Shown here one piece after another: positions 1-12,523 of a DNA stretch of 64,000 nt. Every line of letters starts with the position of its first letter. Within the stretch, counting starts at the first letter, position 1. The translations under genes were made by a program, and so were the position numbers. The notes beneath the pieces were generated by a model. That model was not told where the DNA came from, did not search any database, and saw nothing but the letters and a program-made list of their open reading frames with translations. Source of the stretch: Oculina patagonica (taxonomy: Eukaryota); assembly GCF_052425735.1 (NCBI RefSeq), contig NC_135761.1, forward strand, positions 51,026,001-51,090,000, read 5' to 3'.

Positions 1-774
1 TCTACATCTTACAGTGAAACAATAAATCTAATCTGAAACTGGTTAGATACGGAGGCAATCGCTAATCGCTTGGCAGCGTCTACTTTCCCAAACAAACGAT
101 GCTTACCATTAGTCAACTAGTGAAATAACTCTTCTTAAATGCGATTGGTCATCACAAAGCTACATTTTAGCGTTTATTGGACAGTTAACGCGTCATACCT
201 AGGTTATTGGACAGTACGTATCATTTACGCGCGGTGTTATTGGCCAGTTGTACATTAATTATTCGTGAGTAGTATGGGGCGCACCGGTAAATCTTGTTTT
301 TTGGGGCGGAATCTCATTAACAAGGGGGGGGGGGGAATACGTTAACGGGTGTGACATCATAGTCTCATGAATAAAATGCTACGGAATATAATTATGTTAC
401 AACCTGTTGGACGGGTTTGTCATGTTGTATTTTTAACTTGGCTGGTATAACCGGTTTGATAGGTTTGGCTTTAAGTTTTGGATAGCAGTTGTGGTTTAAA
501 TTATTGGGCAATCGTTTTTTTATTCAATATGACCGACCATTCAGTTTTAATTATGCAAACGTCTGATTGCATAAATTATCTACGGCAGAAATCATTGTTT
601 TCGAACAATGGTTTTATACTCAATGTGCTTGAGTGAACTCAGTGATAAAAGCGCTTAAAAACTTAGTCTTAAACAAAAATGTTTGTAAAATTCTTTCTCA
701 TCCTCCTCCAGCACCATGTGGTGGTGGAGGAGGAATACAATAAAGTTGTGGAGGAGCAGAAAGAGGAAGCGGTG

Positions 775-962
775 GGCCGATGGGGGCCCTATGTGGGACC
801 GATGTTGGGCCGATGTGAGGCCGATGTGAGGCCGATGTGAGGCCTATGTGGGGCTGATGTGAGGTCGATGTGAGGTGGAATTGTGGAATTGTGGAGGAGG
901 AGGAGGAGGAGGAGGAGGAGGAGGAGGAGGAGGCAAACAATAAAAATGTGGTGGTGGTGGTG
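775..962. repeat. Low-complexity tract: ~11-bp GCCGATGTGAG-like repeats, then (GAG)n and (GTG)n
   Basis: Repeats are directly visible; they explain the poly-S/L/E ORFs at 698-1097. Confidence 0.85.
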
Positions 963-1796
963 ACAGCGGCTGTGGAAAAACTCGTGAAAGTTTGGGAGAA
1001 CTCGAAAACGCTGTGGAAACACTCGCCTGACGGCTCGTGTTCCCACTGCATTTCTAATTTTCCCAAACTTCCAGTCGTGTTATTATTTAACAATTAGATT
1101 ATGAGCTCGAGATACAACTATCACTCATCAAAAACGATAGCTCACAATATTTTTTGTTTTAGTATAAATCTACTAGATGTTGAAAACGTAACAGTATATA
1201 ATAAAAAAATACAATAAATAGGTCACACAGCGCGCGGAAAATTGGCAACTGCTACACATTTCATTGGGTTCTGTGTGCACCTTTGTACTTCATTCAAGAT
1301 AACGTCATTCGCTCGCAACTGACACGAAGAGTCGATTTTTTAATTGTTAAATGACAATCAAAGATATACGGACGTAAGAGTGCTCTCAAGAAGCTAAGTT
1401 TTAAATCTAGGAAATGTGAAAGAGGAGAAAGTAATGAAAAGTTGAACACAGTTTAACGAATAAAGTTGTTGTTGACAATGGAGACCATGCAACCATAGAA
1501 GATGAACGACTGTGGAAGATAAGTGTCTGACTGTTCATAAACTTGGGATGCCACGGCAGAAAAAAGGCTGGATTGATTATTCTCGTTCTGAATCTGGGGC
1601 CTCGGAAGCCTTCTTATGCAGCTTAAAATCGTTTATCCTACGGTCACCAAATTAACACAGGATTATGAAGTCAGTAACTGTGGTAACTATAGATGTTTTG
1701 GTGTCATTGAAACGTAATATGACGTCGTTATGACGTCACATGTAGGATTTTATTGGCTGAAAAGTATTTCATTTTTAATTTTTTTAATTTTATTTT

Positions 1797-2330
1797 TTTA
1801 TTAATGCTCACAAAAATACAATAGGAACAAAGGAACAGAAAAGTTTACAAGAGTAAATAAATAAATGAAATAAAAGGAAACGATGTTTAAAAAACTATAC
1901 ACTGCTTAGCAATAAAAAATAATAAGCACAAAGTCGATATAGCTGGAAAAAGGAAGAAATCTATATTGTGGTAGAAAATACAGGACTGTTGGTGACATTT
2001 CTAAGGCAAGTGGGAGTAAAAAATAAAATTTCAGGGAATACAAGAGTTTTCTTTGGGTATTTGACCTTCTTAAATTAAATTGTTCAAAAGTTCCCATTTC
2101 TTCGGAGTAGTGGTTTTTAATATCTGTTCTGTTTCGTATGTACGTTTAAGATATTGCCGAAAACCGTCTATGTGGGGGATAGTTTCTTTTGTATGGCAAA
2201 GCTAAATAAAATGTCTGGCAAGAAGGCAAAAGAAATTAATTTGAATGTGATATTGGATGAATCTGGTGCATGTCAAACCCATAGCGACAGTACACTCCAA
2301 TGAATTATTGTTTGGAATGATTTTGCACTA
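1797..2330 (-). mobile_element. Degenerate 3' end of an L1/Tx1-like non-LTR retrotransposon
   Basis: Minus-strand translation INFFCLLARHFI*LCHTKETIPHIDGFRQYLKRTYETEQ resembles an L1/Tx1 ORF2 C-terminus; it is followed by a T-rich UTR, AATAAA and an A-rich tail near 1770-1800. Confidence 0.5.
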
Positions 2331-3173
2331 CGTCAGCCGTGATGTCATATCGGAAGGATTCCGTATTAGGGCATTTCCAGAAAAAATGAAGTAGTTTTTC
2401 TGGCGCCTCACGGCAAAAGGAGAACTCAGAGTCATTTTTAATTCCGAAATAGTAATATATTTATATATTTCCACCATAGTTGAATGTATAACCTTAAAGC
2501 AATGTTTGTGATAAGAGTTTTGTTTCTGACAAAACTTTGGTTGTCATTAACAACAACAACACGACTAAGACTTCTGCCCGGTGTCAAGAGTTGCGAACTG
2601 ATGCTACGACGTATGAAAAGTTGTTACTCATTGATTGACATAGCTTAGGTGCGGATATGTGTTTTGTGAAATTATGCATCGCTTTCAGTACTCGGAGAAG
2701 AAGCCCGATGCGTTATCTGACATAAGGAATTATAACGTAGCGGCTAAGTTAAAGATAACCTGTTGAGAAATATAAAAAGTCTTTACAAGCATATGAGCAG
2801 TGTGTTTTTTCTTGTTAAACAAAGTATTAGAGGAAAACGTCGTGATAGCTTTTTTAATTTAAAAATTTATAATTGTTTTGGATGTATAGAGTGATGTTTA
2901 CTTTGTTAAAATTGTGACAGTCGATTCCGCTAAGGCTAAATTATTTGCAGATGATAGAAATAAACTCATTGAAGCATTTCTCTTGTAGCCTCTGCCCTCT
3001 AAATATGGAAGTGCGCACGTCGGAAATGAATTTAGGGATTCCTTGTTTGTTTCATAGATACATCCTGCAAGTCGAAAACGTCTCTTAGTATAATCAATGC
3101 TGAGATTTTAAGGTTTGCTTTGTTAACTGAAGACCGGTTGTAATAACGAAAATGCAAATTTGAGGTGTTTCAA

Positions 3174-4258
3174 ATAAATAAATTATTTGCAATGCGAATA
3201 GGATTTTTATGTCTTTCTTCCCGGTTAATTTAGTATATTTTATTAGTGCAGCACTGTAGACACTTGTGTAAGCTGCTTATGCAACAGATATTGTTATGTA
3301 ACAGAATAAGACACGCGCGGGGCCTGGACAAGGGGGTATGGTATTTCAATGTATTGGGCCCCCCGCTTGTAGTTTTAACTCGTGGCCTGGCTACAAAGCA
3401 GCCAGTCGTTCATTCACTCGTGCTCTTCTCGCTGGATGACACACGTTTGTTTTTCACAGTGCCCTCACCTTTACTGGGCTCAACACAATTTTTAGAACCA
3501 ATTGTTTTTGTAATTTATTCAAGAATGTTTTATCATTAAATCGGCTTTGGGTCTTTGCCCTTAGCCATTTTACTCCATCTGAATTTGTCTATCTTTAGTC
3601 AAGTGCCCAGTAAACGAGCGCGGGTATGCAGCCCAGTAGTTTGTGAATCCCTAGCCAAGGGAGGGGAGAATGGCATAAATAAATTATTTGCAATGCGAAT
3701 AGGATTTTTATGTCTTTCTTCCCGGTTAATTTAGTATATTTTATTAGTGCAGCACTGTAGACACTTGTGTAAGCTGCTTATGCAACAGATATTGTTATGT
3801 AACAGAATAGGACACGCGCGGGGCCTGGACAAGGGGGTATGGTATTTCAATGTATTGAGCCCCCCGCTTGTAGTTTTAACTCGTGGCCTGGCTACAAAGC
3901 AGCCAGTCGTTCATTCACTCGTGCTCTTCTCGCTGGATGACACACGTTTGTTTTTCACAGTCCCTCCTCCTCCCCTTGTCCTGTCCACCTTGTTTCCGGT
4001 TGTATTTTTATTTATTTATTTTTTTTTTGGCGTTTTTGTGCCCTCACCTTTACTGGGCTCAACACAATTTTTAGAACCAATTGTTTTTGTAATTTATTCA
4101 AAAATGTTTTATCATTAAATCGGCTTTGGGTCTTTGCCCTTAGCCATTTTACTCCATCTGAATTTGTCTGTCTTTAGTCAAGTGCCCAGTAAACGAGCGC
4201 GGGTATGCAGCCCAGTAGTTTGTGAATCCCTAGCCAAGGGAGGGGAGAATGGCATAAA
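3174..4258 (+). mobile_element. Head-to-tail dimer of an ATAAA-bounded interspersed element (501-bp copy with a 78-bp deletion + 579-bp copy)
   Basis: Near-identical units with ATAAA at 3174, 3675 and 4254; third copy at 22221-22804; absent at the paralogous position upstream of GPCR2. Confidence 0.9.
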
Positions 4259-5034
4259 ACTTGTTTATCCAATGACACTTTCCTTCAAGACTGGTGCCTT
4301 ATAATTTCAGCGGTCGTCTAAAACTTATAAATGTAAATATATGTCAAGCTACGAATTTGAAATTATCATTTGTTAAGAAGAGTAAGTTTCCTCTTATTTA
4401 CTTGAGGGTTGCATTCATGTTCGACATTTTTACTTTCACCATTTTTCTTATCCTGTAACATTTTCTCACCAGGTCAGTTGTTTAAAGTAGGTAAGTGCTG
4501 TCAATTTTGGAGCTAAGACCTTCAATCTTCAATTTAAATCAATGTAATTTTAAATCATGAATGTTTGCGTACAGCAACTTCCAGTTAAATTGAATTTCTA
4601 CGGGTGACTGTAACTTCTGTTGCAATCTGAGTGAATTTAAGTATCCGCAACAACTACAACACAATTTCAATGCCAACAAACAGCTTGCATTGAGAAAATA
4701 AGCTGTCCAAATCTTTTTACACCATAATGAAATTTATAAAAATCTAAACAAGCAACAAGCAACCGAGATATCGACACTGCCAAATTCCAATTAGGGAACA
4801 GTGGACGAAAAGCCACTCCGTGGAAGTGCTACTGCAAATTCCCATTTATTTTATGATTAATTTTTTTTTCGATATTGAGTGATTCTGAAAAAGGAAGAGA
4901 AGCGCTCACTGTGCTTTTTATTTTGATAGCTGGGAGAACTCAAAATTTTCTACTGGTCAACCCCAAACAAAAAAAAGACACTGAATCGACGCACAAAACG
5001 CGGAAGATCCATCAGCTTGGTTTTAACCAAAGGA

Positions 5035-6009
5035 ATGGAGCCCCTTGCCGTAGTCGAGTCAGTATTATCTGGAGTAATCCTTGTTTTTTCTTTAATTGGG
5101 AACTTTCTAATTATCCTGCTCGTGTTTAAGAAGCCTCGTTTGGGGACAGCGACTAGCATTTATATCTTTTCCTTGGCTGTAACAGACTTTTTGAATGCTT
5201 GCATTCCTGGTCCATTATTTCTGGCATCTCTAATTACACAGCGAATGCCGTACAATTCCGTCGTGTGTAACATAGGCGGATTCTTTATGCATTTCCTGAC
5301 GATGGCTTCAACTTCCACAATGGCTCTGATAGCCATCAATCGCTATTACTGCACTTTAAAGCCAAGCCGTTTCAAAATAGTATTCAGTACCCGTCGTTTA
5401 GTATTTTACCTCATGAGTTTATGGACCTTTGTCGCAATTTTTACTTGGATTCCTGTAATCGGCGGATGGGCGGAAATGGCATTTAATCCATTAACGGCTT
5501 GTTGCAATTGGCATTTCTTCCTGAAAACAGCAGAGATGACGTTTACGTTATTGGTTGTCGTTGTCTTCATAACAACGAGTTTTCTGATCATCGCAGTAAG
5601 TTACTACCATGTATCAAGGTGTATACGTCAACACAACAATCAGTTTGCAACACACCATGTCCTAAGTGTGCAGGAAATCAATGTGACGAAGACATTCTTT
5701 GTCCTTGTATTGTCATTTGTGGTGTTGTGGCTGCCCACATTTACTGCTATCTTCCTCTTTCGTGTTGCCATAAGGGAGACCTATCCACGGCTGGTTGGTA
5801 TTGCTGTTCCATTTTTCTTACAGGTCAATAGTGCATTGAACCCTTGGATCTACGGTGTTATGAATTCATCCTTTAGAAAAAAGTTAACACAGCTTCTGAA
5901 GTGGTCGAGTGTAAATCAAGTTCATTGTGATTCATCAAGTCGTCCGACAAGTCATGTGAAGGTATCTAGATTGGAACTAGAAGATTGTTTAACTGAACAG
6001 TCCTCATGA
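5035..6009 (+). CDS. Class A (rhodopsin-like) GPCR, melatonin-receptor-like orphan, single coding exon (GPCR1)
   Basis: 7 hydrophobic segments, GN in TM1, SLAVTD in TM2, AINRYY (NRY), LWLP in TM6, NSALNPWIY in TM7; first ATG at 5035. Confidence 0.93.
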   Translation: MEPLAVVESVLSGVILVFSLIGNFLIILLVFKKPRLGTATSIYIFSLAVTDFLNACIPGPLFLASLITQRMPYNSVVCNIGGFFMHFLTMASTSTMALIAINRYYCTLKPSRFKIVFSTRRLVFYLMSLWTFVAIFTWIPVIGGWAEMAFNPLTACCNWHFFLKTAEMTFTLLVVVVFITTSFLIIAVSYYHVSRCIRQHNNQFATHHVLSVQEINVTKTFFVLVLSFVVLWLPTFTAIFLFRVAIRETYPRLVGIAVPFFLQVNSALNPWIYGVMNSSFRKKLTQLLKWSSVNQVHCDSSSRPTSHVKVSRLELEDCLTEQSS

Positions 6010-6619
6010 ACAATGCTGCAATGGTCACTAAGTCTCTGTTGTCTATCACAGTACATACATTTGTCATAATAACATGATGAAGGGCAGAAACAAGCAAGAA
6101 ACTTTATTTGCACTGGGAATCGAGAGACGAGGATGCTTAGCTGATCATTTACAGTCTGGAATAGCTGAAGTATTTCTGATTGTACCAAATGTTTCTATGT
6201 ATATGTTGACTTAGTAGGAGGTGAGGTGGTGAGGCGGCCTCACAGCGCCTCCCTCCACACAGGTGAAATAATTAGTCCCAGGGGGAAGTGGGGGAAGAGG
6301 AGGTAATCCTGGGATTTACTAACATGCTATCCGGGGGGAGGGAGAAAAAAAATACTCCTTTTACGGAAAACAAATTGCGGATAGACTACCGGTCAAACAG
6401 AAACTCGGGTCAGCGGTTTAAATTCAGTAGACACTGAACATATAATTATAGAATTTAAATTTGCAAGCTAAGGACAACGCGTGCGTGATCGTGGTTTATC
6501 GGCAAGTAGTCAACAATGTAAATAATGTAAAAATGTAAATGTTTTTTATAGTGGTCATGCGTGTACTTGCCACCAAAACATGAAAAACAAATATTTTTAA
6601 TGAACATAACATGTCTAAA

Positions 6620-6790
6620 AATCGCAAATGGCAGGAGACATACCAATTGACTTTACACAAAGCGGAACTGAGAGTTCGAACTCGGGACGACCGAAAATAA
6701 ATCCAGTCAGTAGGGTGGAGGGTCTGAACCCCAAACCTCCCCAATTCTGTTACTACCGCCCTAAGCCACTCAACCACGCTGCCTCCTGAG
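6620..6790 (-). mobile_element. tRNA-derived SINE fragment
   Basis: Minus strand GGAGGCAGCGTGGTTGAGTGG (A-box-like) ... GGTTCAGACCC (B-box-like), followed by a SINE-like body. Confidence 0.5.
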
Positions 6791-7188
6791 AACTGATCAG
6801 ATTGGCGGATTTACAATAAAAGTCGTTGTGTAGATGAAACCATTTTCACTAGTACGTACACGTATGGTTACGAGGGTTCGCGTGCTCTGTACGTTACTAA
6901 GAAAGTAATTACAAACTGGTACTGCGGGATAGCTCTGTTAGCTTTTATTATTGTTCAAAAAATTGTCACGATGCTCATAAATGGTCATAAAGTCATTGTT
7001 ATCCGTCATCCGTACGTAACAGATACTTAACTATTCTCATGCTTGTTGCAGTGTTGATGCTTTGCGGTCTAAGAGTATCAAGCCCGTCATTTCGCTTGAA
7101 ACGTGGTCATTTTAACGGTACTCCGGCACGACAGCCAACTTTCGCGAACCACCCACCTCCCCTGTTTTTTTCATTGCGTATAGCTACA

Positions 7189-7505
7189 CACAGCATGAAA
7201 ATGGAGATTTATGGAAAATTTAAGGTGGCTTAAATCTCCTTAAAGTTTGTTATTCAACTTTAAGCTGTCAATTAAAATTTGTTAAAGGCCGTTAAACTCC
7301 CAGTCGGCATTTAAGGAACTTTAAGCCAAATTAAAGTTGGCTTAAAATTTTTAGTCTCTTTAAGCAATCTTTAAACATGAGTGAAAAGCTGGCTTAGAGG
7401 TCAGCTTTAAAAAATGTAAAGTCAGGATAAAGCGGAATAAATTCCAAACTTACACCAGCTTTATTTGAGCTTTACACCACGGTAAAGTTATGTTTTCATG
7501 CTGTG
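7189..7505. mobile_element. MITE with CAC termini and 3-bp TSD (CACTA/EnSpm-like)
   Basis: TIR CACAGCATGAAAA / TTTTCATGCTGTG flanked by ACA on both sides. Confidence 0.7.
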
Positions 7506-7560
7506 ACAATTTATTTTTTGGAGGTGGAAAAATATAAATTAACAAAACAGTTGACGGCAT

Positions 7561-8858
7561 TGAAAAACTGTTTAGTGACGAAGTATATGGAAGCGTTCCT
7601 CTTATCGTCTCTGCCCTCTAAAATATAAAAAAAATAAGTAATAAGTTTTTTATTCTGGTTGGACAACATCTTATAGTAATCAATTTTGAGATTTAAAGAT
7701 TTGCTTTGTAAACTGAGGACAGGTTACAATAAAGAAAATGCAAATCCTAGCGTGTCTTGAATGAAACTTGTTTACCCAATGCCACTTTCATTCAAGATAG
7801 GCACCATATCCTTTTTATAGCAATTGTAAAAGCAAATATTTGAATTTGTCATTTGTTGAATCAGTTGGCTTCCTCCTGTTTACGTAAGGGTAACATTTAT
7901 GTTGGAAACTTTTACTTTGAGCATTTTTTAGAACGCAACATTTTCATGCAAGATTGCTTAAAGGTAAGTAAGTATTATCATTGAAAAACTGTTTAGTGAT
8001 GAAAATATGGAAGCGTTCCTCTTATCATCTCTGCTCTTCAAATATAATAAAAAATAACAAGTAATAAGTTTTTTTTATTTTGGTTCATGGATTGTGGAGT
8101 TGGACAACATCTTTTAGTAATCAATTGTGAGATTTAAAGATTTGCTTTGTAAACTGAGGACAGGTTGTAATAAAGAAAATGCAAATCCAAGCGTGTCTTG
8201 AATGAAACTTGTTTACCCAATGCCACTTTCATTCAAGATAGGCACCATATCCTTTTTATAGCAATTGTAAAAGCAAATATTTGAATTTGTCATTTGTTGA
8301 ATCAGTTGGCTTCCTCCTGTTTACGTAAGGGTAACATTTATGTTGGAAACTTTTACTTTGAGCATTTTTTTAGAACGCAACATTTTCATGCAAGATTGCT
8401 TAAAGGTAAGTAAGTATTATCATTGAAAAACTGTTTAGTGATGAAAATATGGAAGCGTTCCTCTTATCATCTCTGCTCTTCAAATATAATAAAAAATAAC
8501 AAGTAATAAGTTTTTTTTATTTTGGTTCATGGATTGTGGAGTTGGACAACATCTTTTAGTACTCAATTGTGAGATTTAAAGATTTGCTTTGTAAACTGAG
8601 GACAGGTTACAATAAAGAAAATGCAAATCCAAGCGTGTCTTGAATGAAACTTGTTTACCCAATGCCACTTCCATTCAAGATAGGGACCATATACTTTTTA
8701 TAGTAATTGTAAATATTTGAATTTGTCATTTGTTGAATCAGTGGGCTTCCTCTTGTTTACGTAAGGGTTACATTTATGTTAGAAACTGTTACTTTCAGCA
8801 CATTTTTAGAGCGTAACATTTTCATGCAAGATTGCTTTAAGGTAAGTAAGTATTATCA
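7561..8858 (+). repeat. Three tandem ~420-440-bp copies of the GPCR upstream segment (probable promoter/5'UTR exon)
   Basis: Units start near 7561, 7981 and 8423, each ending AAGGTAAGTAAG (donor-like); homologous to the single copy at ~2970-3175 + 4255-4500. Confidence 0.85.
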
Positions 8859-9504
8859 ATTTTCGTGGTGTTAATACCTTCAATCTTTCAATGTAAAGGC
8901 ATCATTTCGATGTAATCGTCAATTTAAAGGCATTTAACTTAAAGTAGAATTTGTTCTCGTATACAGCAACTGCCATGAGGCCATGATTACATGACGTTTT
9001 TCAGCCCGTTTGTCCGGCCTGAAACTCCCAGCCCGGTTTCACAAACCGAAGTCTTATTGTTGGTTTCAAACAATTGATAAAACATGTTTCTACGGTGTTA
9101 TTGATAAGATAACGGTAACTTCTCTTGGTATCTAAAATTGATTATGTGCGACACAAACACAGAATTTCAAACAGCGTTTCTTGGGTAAATCAGCTGCCTA
9201 AATCTTTTTTACATCATCATAAAATTTTTAAAATAGGAACAGGATCTTTTACTGCGGTATTTGAATGATGAAATACTTATTTGTTACTGTTTTTTTTTTG
9301 TGAAAACTAATTTGAGATTAAAACCAACAAGCAAGAGGTATCGATATTCTATGAATCGAAAAAAATTAAGGAAATTCAAACTGTGTATTTTACTTTGACA
9401 GCCGGGAGTATTACAAATTTCCTATCAACACGATTGTCCAACCCTCAAAAGAAAGAATTACTGAATCAACGCACGAAGTTTTGAAGATCCATTAACTTGG
9501 TTTG

Positions 9505-10503
9505 ATGCAAAGAGAAGGAATGAAGCCCCTTGCTGTAATCGAGTCGGTATTTTCTGGAATAATCCTCGTTTGTTCTTTCATTGGCAACTTCCTTATAATC
9601 CTAGTCGTGTTTAAGAAACCTCGTTTAGGCACAGCGACCAGTATTTATATCGCTTCCTTGGCTGTAACGGACTTTTTGAATGCTTGCATTCCTGGTCCAC
9701 TCTTCTTGGCATCTTTGATTACAGAGCAAATGCCGTACAATTCCGTCGTATGTAACATAGGCGGATTCTTCATACATTTCCTGACGATGGCTTCAACTTC
9801 CACAATGGCTCTGATAGCCATTAATCGGTATTACTGCACCTTAAAGCCAAGCCGTTACAAAATAGTATTCAGTACCCGTCGTTCAGTATTTTACCTCATG
9901 AGTTTATGGACCTTTGTCGCAATTTTTACTTGGATTCCTGTAATCGGCGGATGGGCGAAAATGGCATTCAATCCATTAATGGCTTGTTGCAATTGGCGTT
10001 TTTTCCTCAAAACAGCAGAGATGACGTTTACACTATTGGTTGTCGTTGTTTTCATAATAACGAGTTTTCTGATCATCGCAGTAAGTTACTACCATGTATC
10101 AAGGTATATTCGACAACACAACAATCAGTTTGCAACACACCATGGCCTAAGTGCGCAGGAAATCAATTTGACGAAGACATTCTTTGTCCTGGTTTTGTCT
10201 TTTGTGGTGATGTGGCTGCCCACATTTACCGTTATCTTCCTTTATCGCGTTGCCATAAGGGAGACCTATCCACGGCTGGTTGGTATTGCTGTCCCGTTTC
10301 TCTTCCAGGTCAATAGTGCATTGAACCCTTGGATCTACGGTATTATGAATCCCTCCTTTAGGAAAAAGTTAACACAGCTTCTAAAGTGGTCGAGTGTAAA
10401 TCAAGTTCATTGCGAGTCAACAGGCCTTCAGACCGGTCATTTTGATATATCTATATTGGAAAATGGCAACGAAGAAAACCGTCAAATTGAACAGTCTTTA
10501 TGA
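9505..10503 (+). CDS. Class A GPCR, tandem paralog of 5035-6009 (GPCR2)
   Basis: Same motifs (AINRYY, MWLP, NSALNPWIY) and close similarity to GPCR1; ATG at 9505 or 9520. Confidence 0.93.
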   Translation: MQREGMKPLAVIESVFSGIILVCSFIGNFLIILVVFKKPRLGTATSIYIASLAVTDFLNACIPGPLFLASLITEQMPYNSVVCNIGGFFIHFLTMASTSTMALIAINRYYCTLKPSRYKIVFSTRRSVFYLMSLWTFVAIFTWIPVIGGWAKMAFNPLMACCNWRFFLKTAEMTFTLLVVVVFIITSFLIIAVSYYHVSRYIRQHNNQFATHHGLSAQEINLTKTFFVLVLSFVVMWLPTFTVIFLYRVAIRETYPRLVGIAVPFLFQVNSALNPWIYGIMNPSFRKKLTQLLKWSSVNQVHCESTGLQTGHFDISILENGNEENRQIEQSL

Positions 10504-11239
10504 ACAATGATACAGCAGTCACTTTTAAAAACACTTTGTTGGCTATCACAGTACAAATATATGTATTATTTAACAAATAGATTCCATTTTTCCGTGCGTC
10601 TGTCAGTACCACATTTTGAAGTCTTCTGTGATCTATAACTGAACAGACCCACGGTAAAATAGAATCTATTTGTTTTATACAATAACAGAAGATTTTAGTA
10701 CACTTCAATGTAAGCAAAGCCGCAACCGGTGAGGAAAAGTTGTTTTCATTATTCCACGATTAAATTTTCAGTAACCATACGAAGCACTGTCAAACCGATT
10801 TTATAAACAGAATAATGGAAAATTAAAACATCAACGAAAAAGCCAACCTTTATTCCATTTGGAAACTTGTTCAGATCTGTAAACTTTAAATTTAGCGTCT
10901 CAAGAGAAGCGTTCAACCGCCATACAAGACTTTCCCGTGGCGTCGTCCAACTGTTCAACATCGGACAAACTCAGTTTTCGATAATTTCTCGAATCATTCA
11001 CTTTCTACTTCAAGCTTGTTTAGCCCAGTTAAATGTTCCGAAAGGTAGATTTATAATTAAACTTAACTCTTTTGTTTTGTTGTGGCCCGGTGAGTTTTGA
11101 AAAACTTTGCCGACAACACTGACTTGGACTATGTACTCTGATCACGTGCGCGAGTCACTCCACGCGGTGACGTCATCTGTGCGTCTTTACTCTAATAGAT
11201 AACAGGCATCAAACAGTCACAACGCGCACAGTAGCTTAG

Positions 11240-11995
11240 TTATTGTATACATTTTATTATATGGCTCGTAATCCCCACGGTATTTTTCTATTTTATGGCA
11301 CGGTATAAAATAGTTACACAACACTTTCTCGTGGTATATTTAACAATTATTCCACGAGCGCGCATTGGCTATAACGATCTCCTATCCAATAAGCGCGAGT
11401 GGAATAATTGTTTTATTAAAAACGGCCCAAAGAATTGCAATATTGAAGCTCTTCAGCTGTTTTAGTTAACGCGTATCGGCTACTATAATTGTGGTCAATG
11501 GTATATGAGCTCATATATCATTGCCTGTTAACCAATCAAATCGCAGGAATTGCAATATACCATTGCTAGTTTTTAATAATATGGAATATCCTACTTATCA
11601 CTTTTCTTGGCATACACACTCGCCTAAAGGTTCGTGTTTATACCGAGAAATTACAAGTTACTCGGGATATTCCATAAGAGTTAGAAAATCACGTAAACCA
11701 ATCAACTTGCATTTGTTTCAACCACAGTTACGCCGGTTTTATTACGTTGGTTTTTTCCTATAAACTTACTGGCGATAAAGGGCGTTGTAGAAATTAATCG
11801 GAGGGTTATAAAATAAATAAACCCCTTTCTGGCTTGCTAGTATATTGGAGGATAATACCCTTGGCTGAAAGAGTGTCCTCAAAATTTCACAGTTGCCCTC
11901 GAAGCTTCGCTTCTCGGCCAACTGTTCATTTTTCGACAATCTTTCAGCATTATCCTCCAATATACCAGCCGCCTGAAGGGGTTTATTTACTAAAT
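11240..11995. mobile_element. Cluster of nested short inverted-repeat elements (MITE-like)
   Basis: AACAATTATTCCAC...GTGGAATAATTGTT (11343-11412) and AAATAAACCCCT...AGGGGTTTATTT (11815-11988). Confidence 0.55.
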
Positions 11996-12059
11996 ATACC
12001 GCTCAAAAGCGTTGCATACCTTGTATGTATTGTATTGTATATTTCATCAAATCTGATAT

Positions 12060-12523
12060 TAAAAAAGATGCTTGATAGCTTACAAAAGGGTGCTTGCCCA
12101 GAATACATAAACGATTTGTTAAGACTTAATAACAGCCAGTACAGTAGGAATACATGGGGAGCTAATCTTACCATAGAACCTAGAAGATACAATAGAGTGA
12201 AGGAGGGAGGCCGCACGTTTTCCGTAACAACTTCAAAATGTTGGAATCTCAATCTGTAAATATTCTCCAAGTCAGCTTAACGATAGGATTTTTATTCCTT
12301 TTTAAGATAATTATTTTTATATTTATGAATTTACCCTTTTAGCTTAGCTTTCAAATCTTAATCTTACAGCATTTCATTTTTAATAGGTTTTGGGTAAATT
12401 TCTAATTAGGTTATTGATTATAGTAGATTTTTAACTAATGTTATGTTTATGAGGGCCACAAGTTTATTAGTTGTTTAGCTATTACGTGTTACCTTCCTTA
12501 AATAAAGTTTGATTGATCGATTG
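12060..12523 (+). mobile_element. 5'-truncated CR1/L2-type LINE 3' end
   Basis: Translation CPEYINDLL..YSRNTW..GGRTFSVTTSKCWN resembles the post-RT C-terminus; ends AAATAAAGT + (TTGA)n tail. Confidence 0.65.

Noticed and set aside
698-1097. Poly-Ser/Leu/Glu ORFs
   Set aside because: Products of simple-sequence repeats
3246-4118. 97/123-aa ORFs repeated three times as a protein family
   Set aside because: GTG starts and no recognisable motif; conservation just reflects near-identical repeat copies
7713-7740. CTGAGGA..GAAA in the 420-bp tandem units as retrozyme hammerheads
   Set aside because: No stem II can form between the boxes, and the unit is homologous to GPCR1 upstream DNA
5035-10503. 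GPCRs as opsins
   Set aside because: The position equivalent to the retinal-binding Lys (six residues before NPxxY) is Gln
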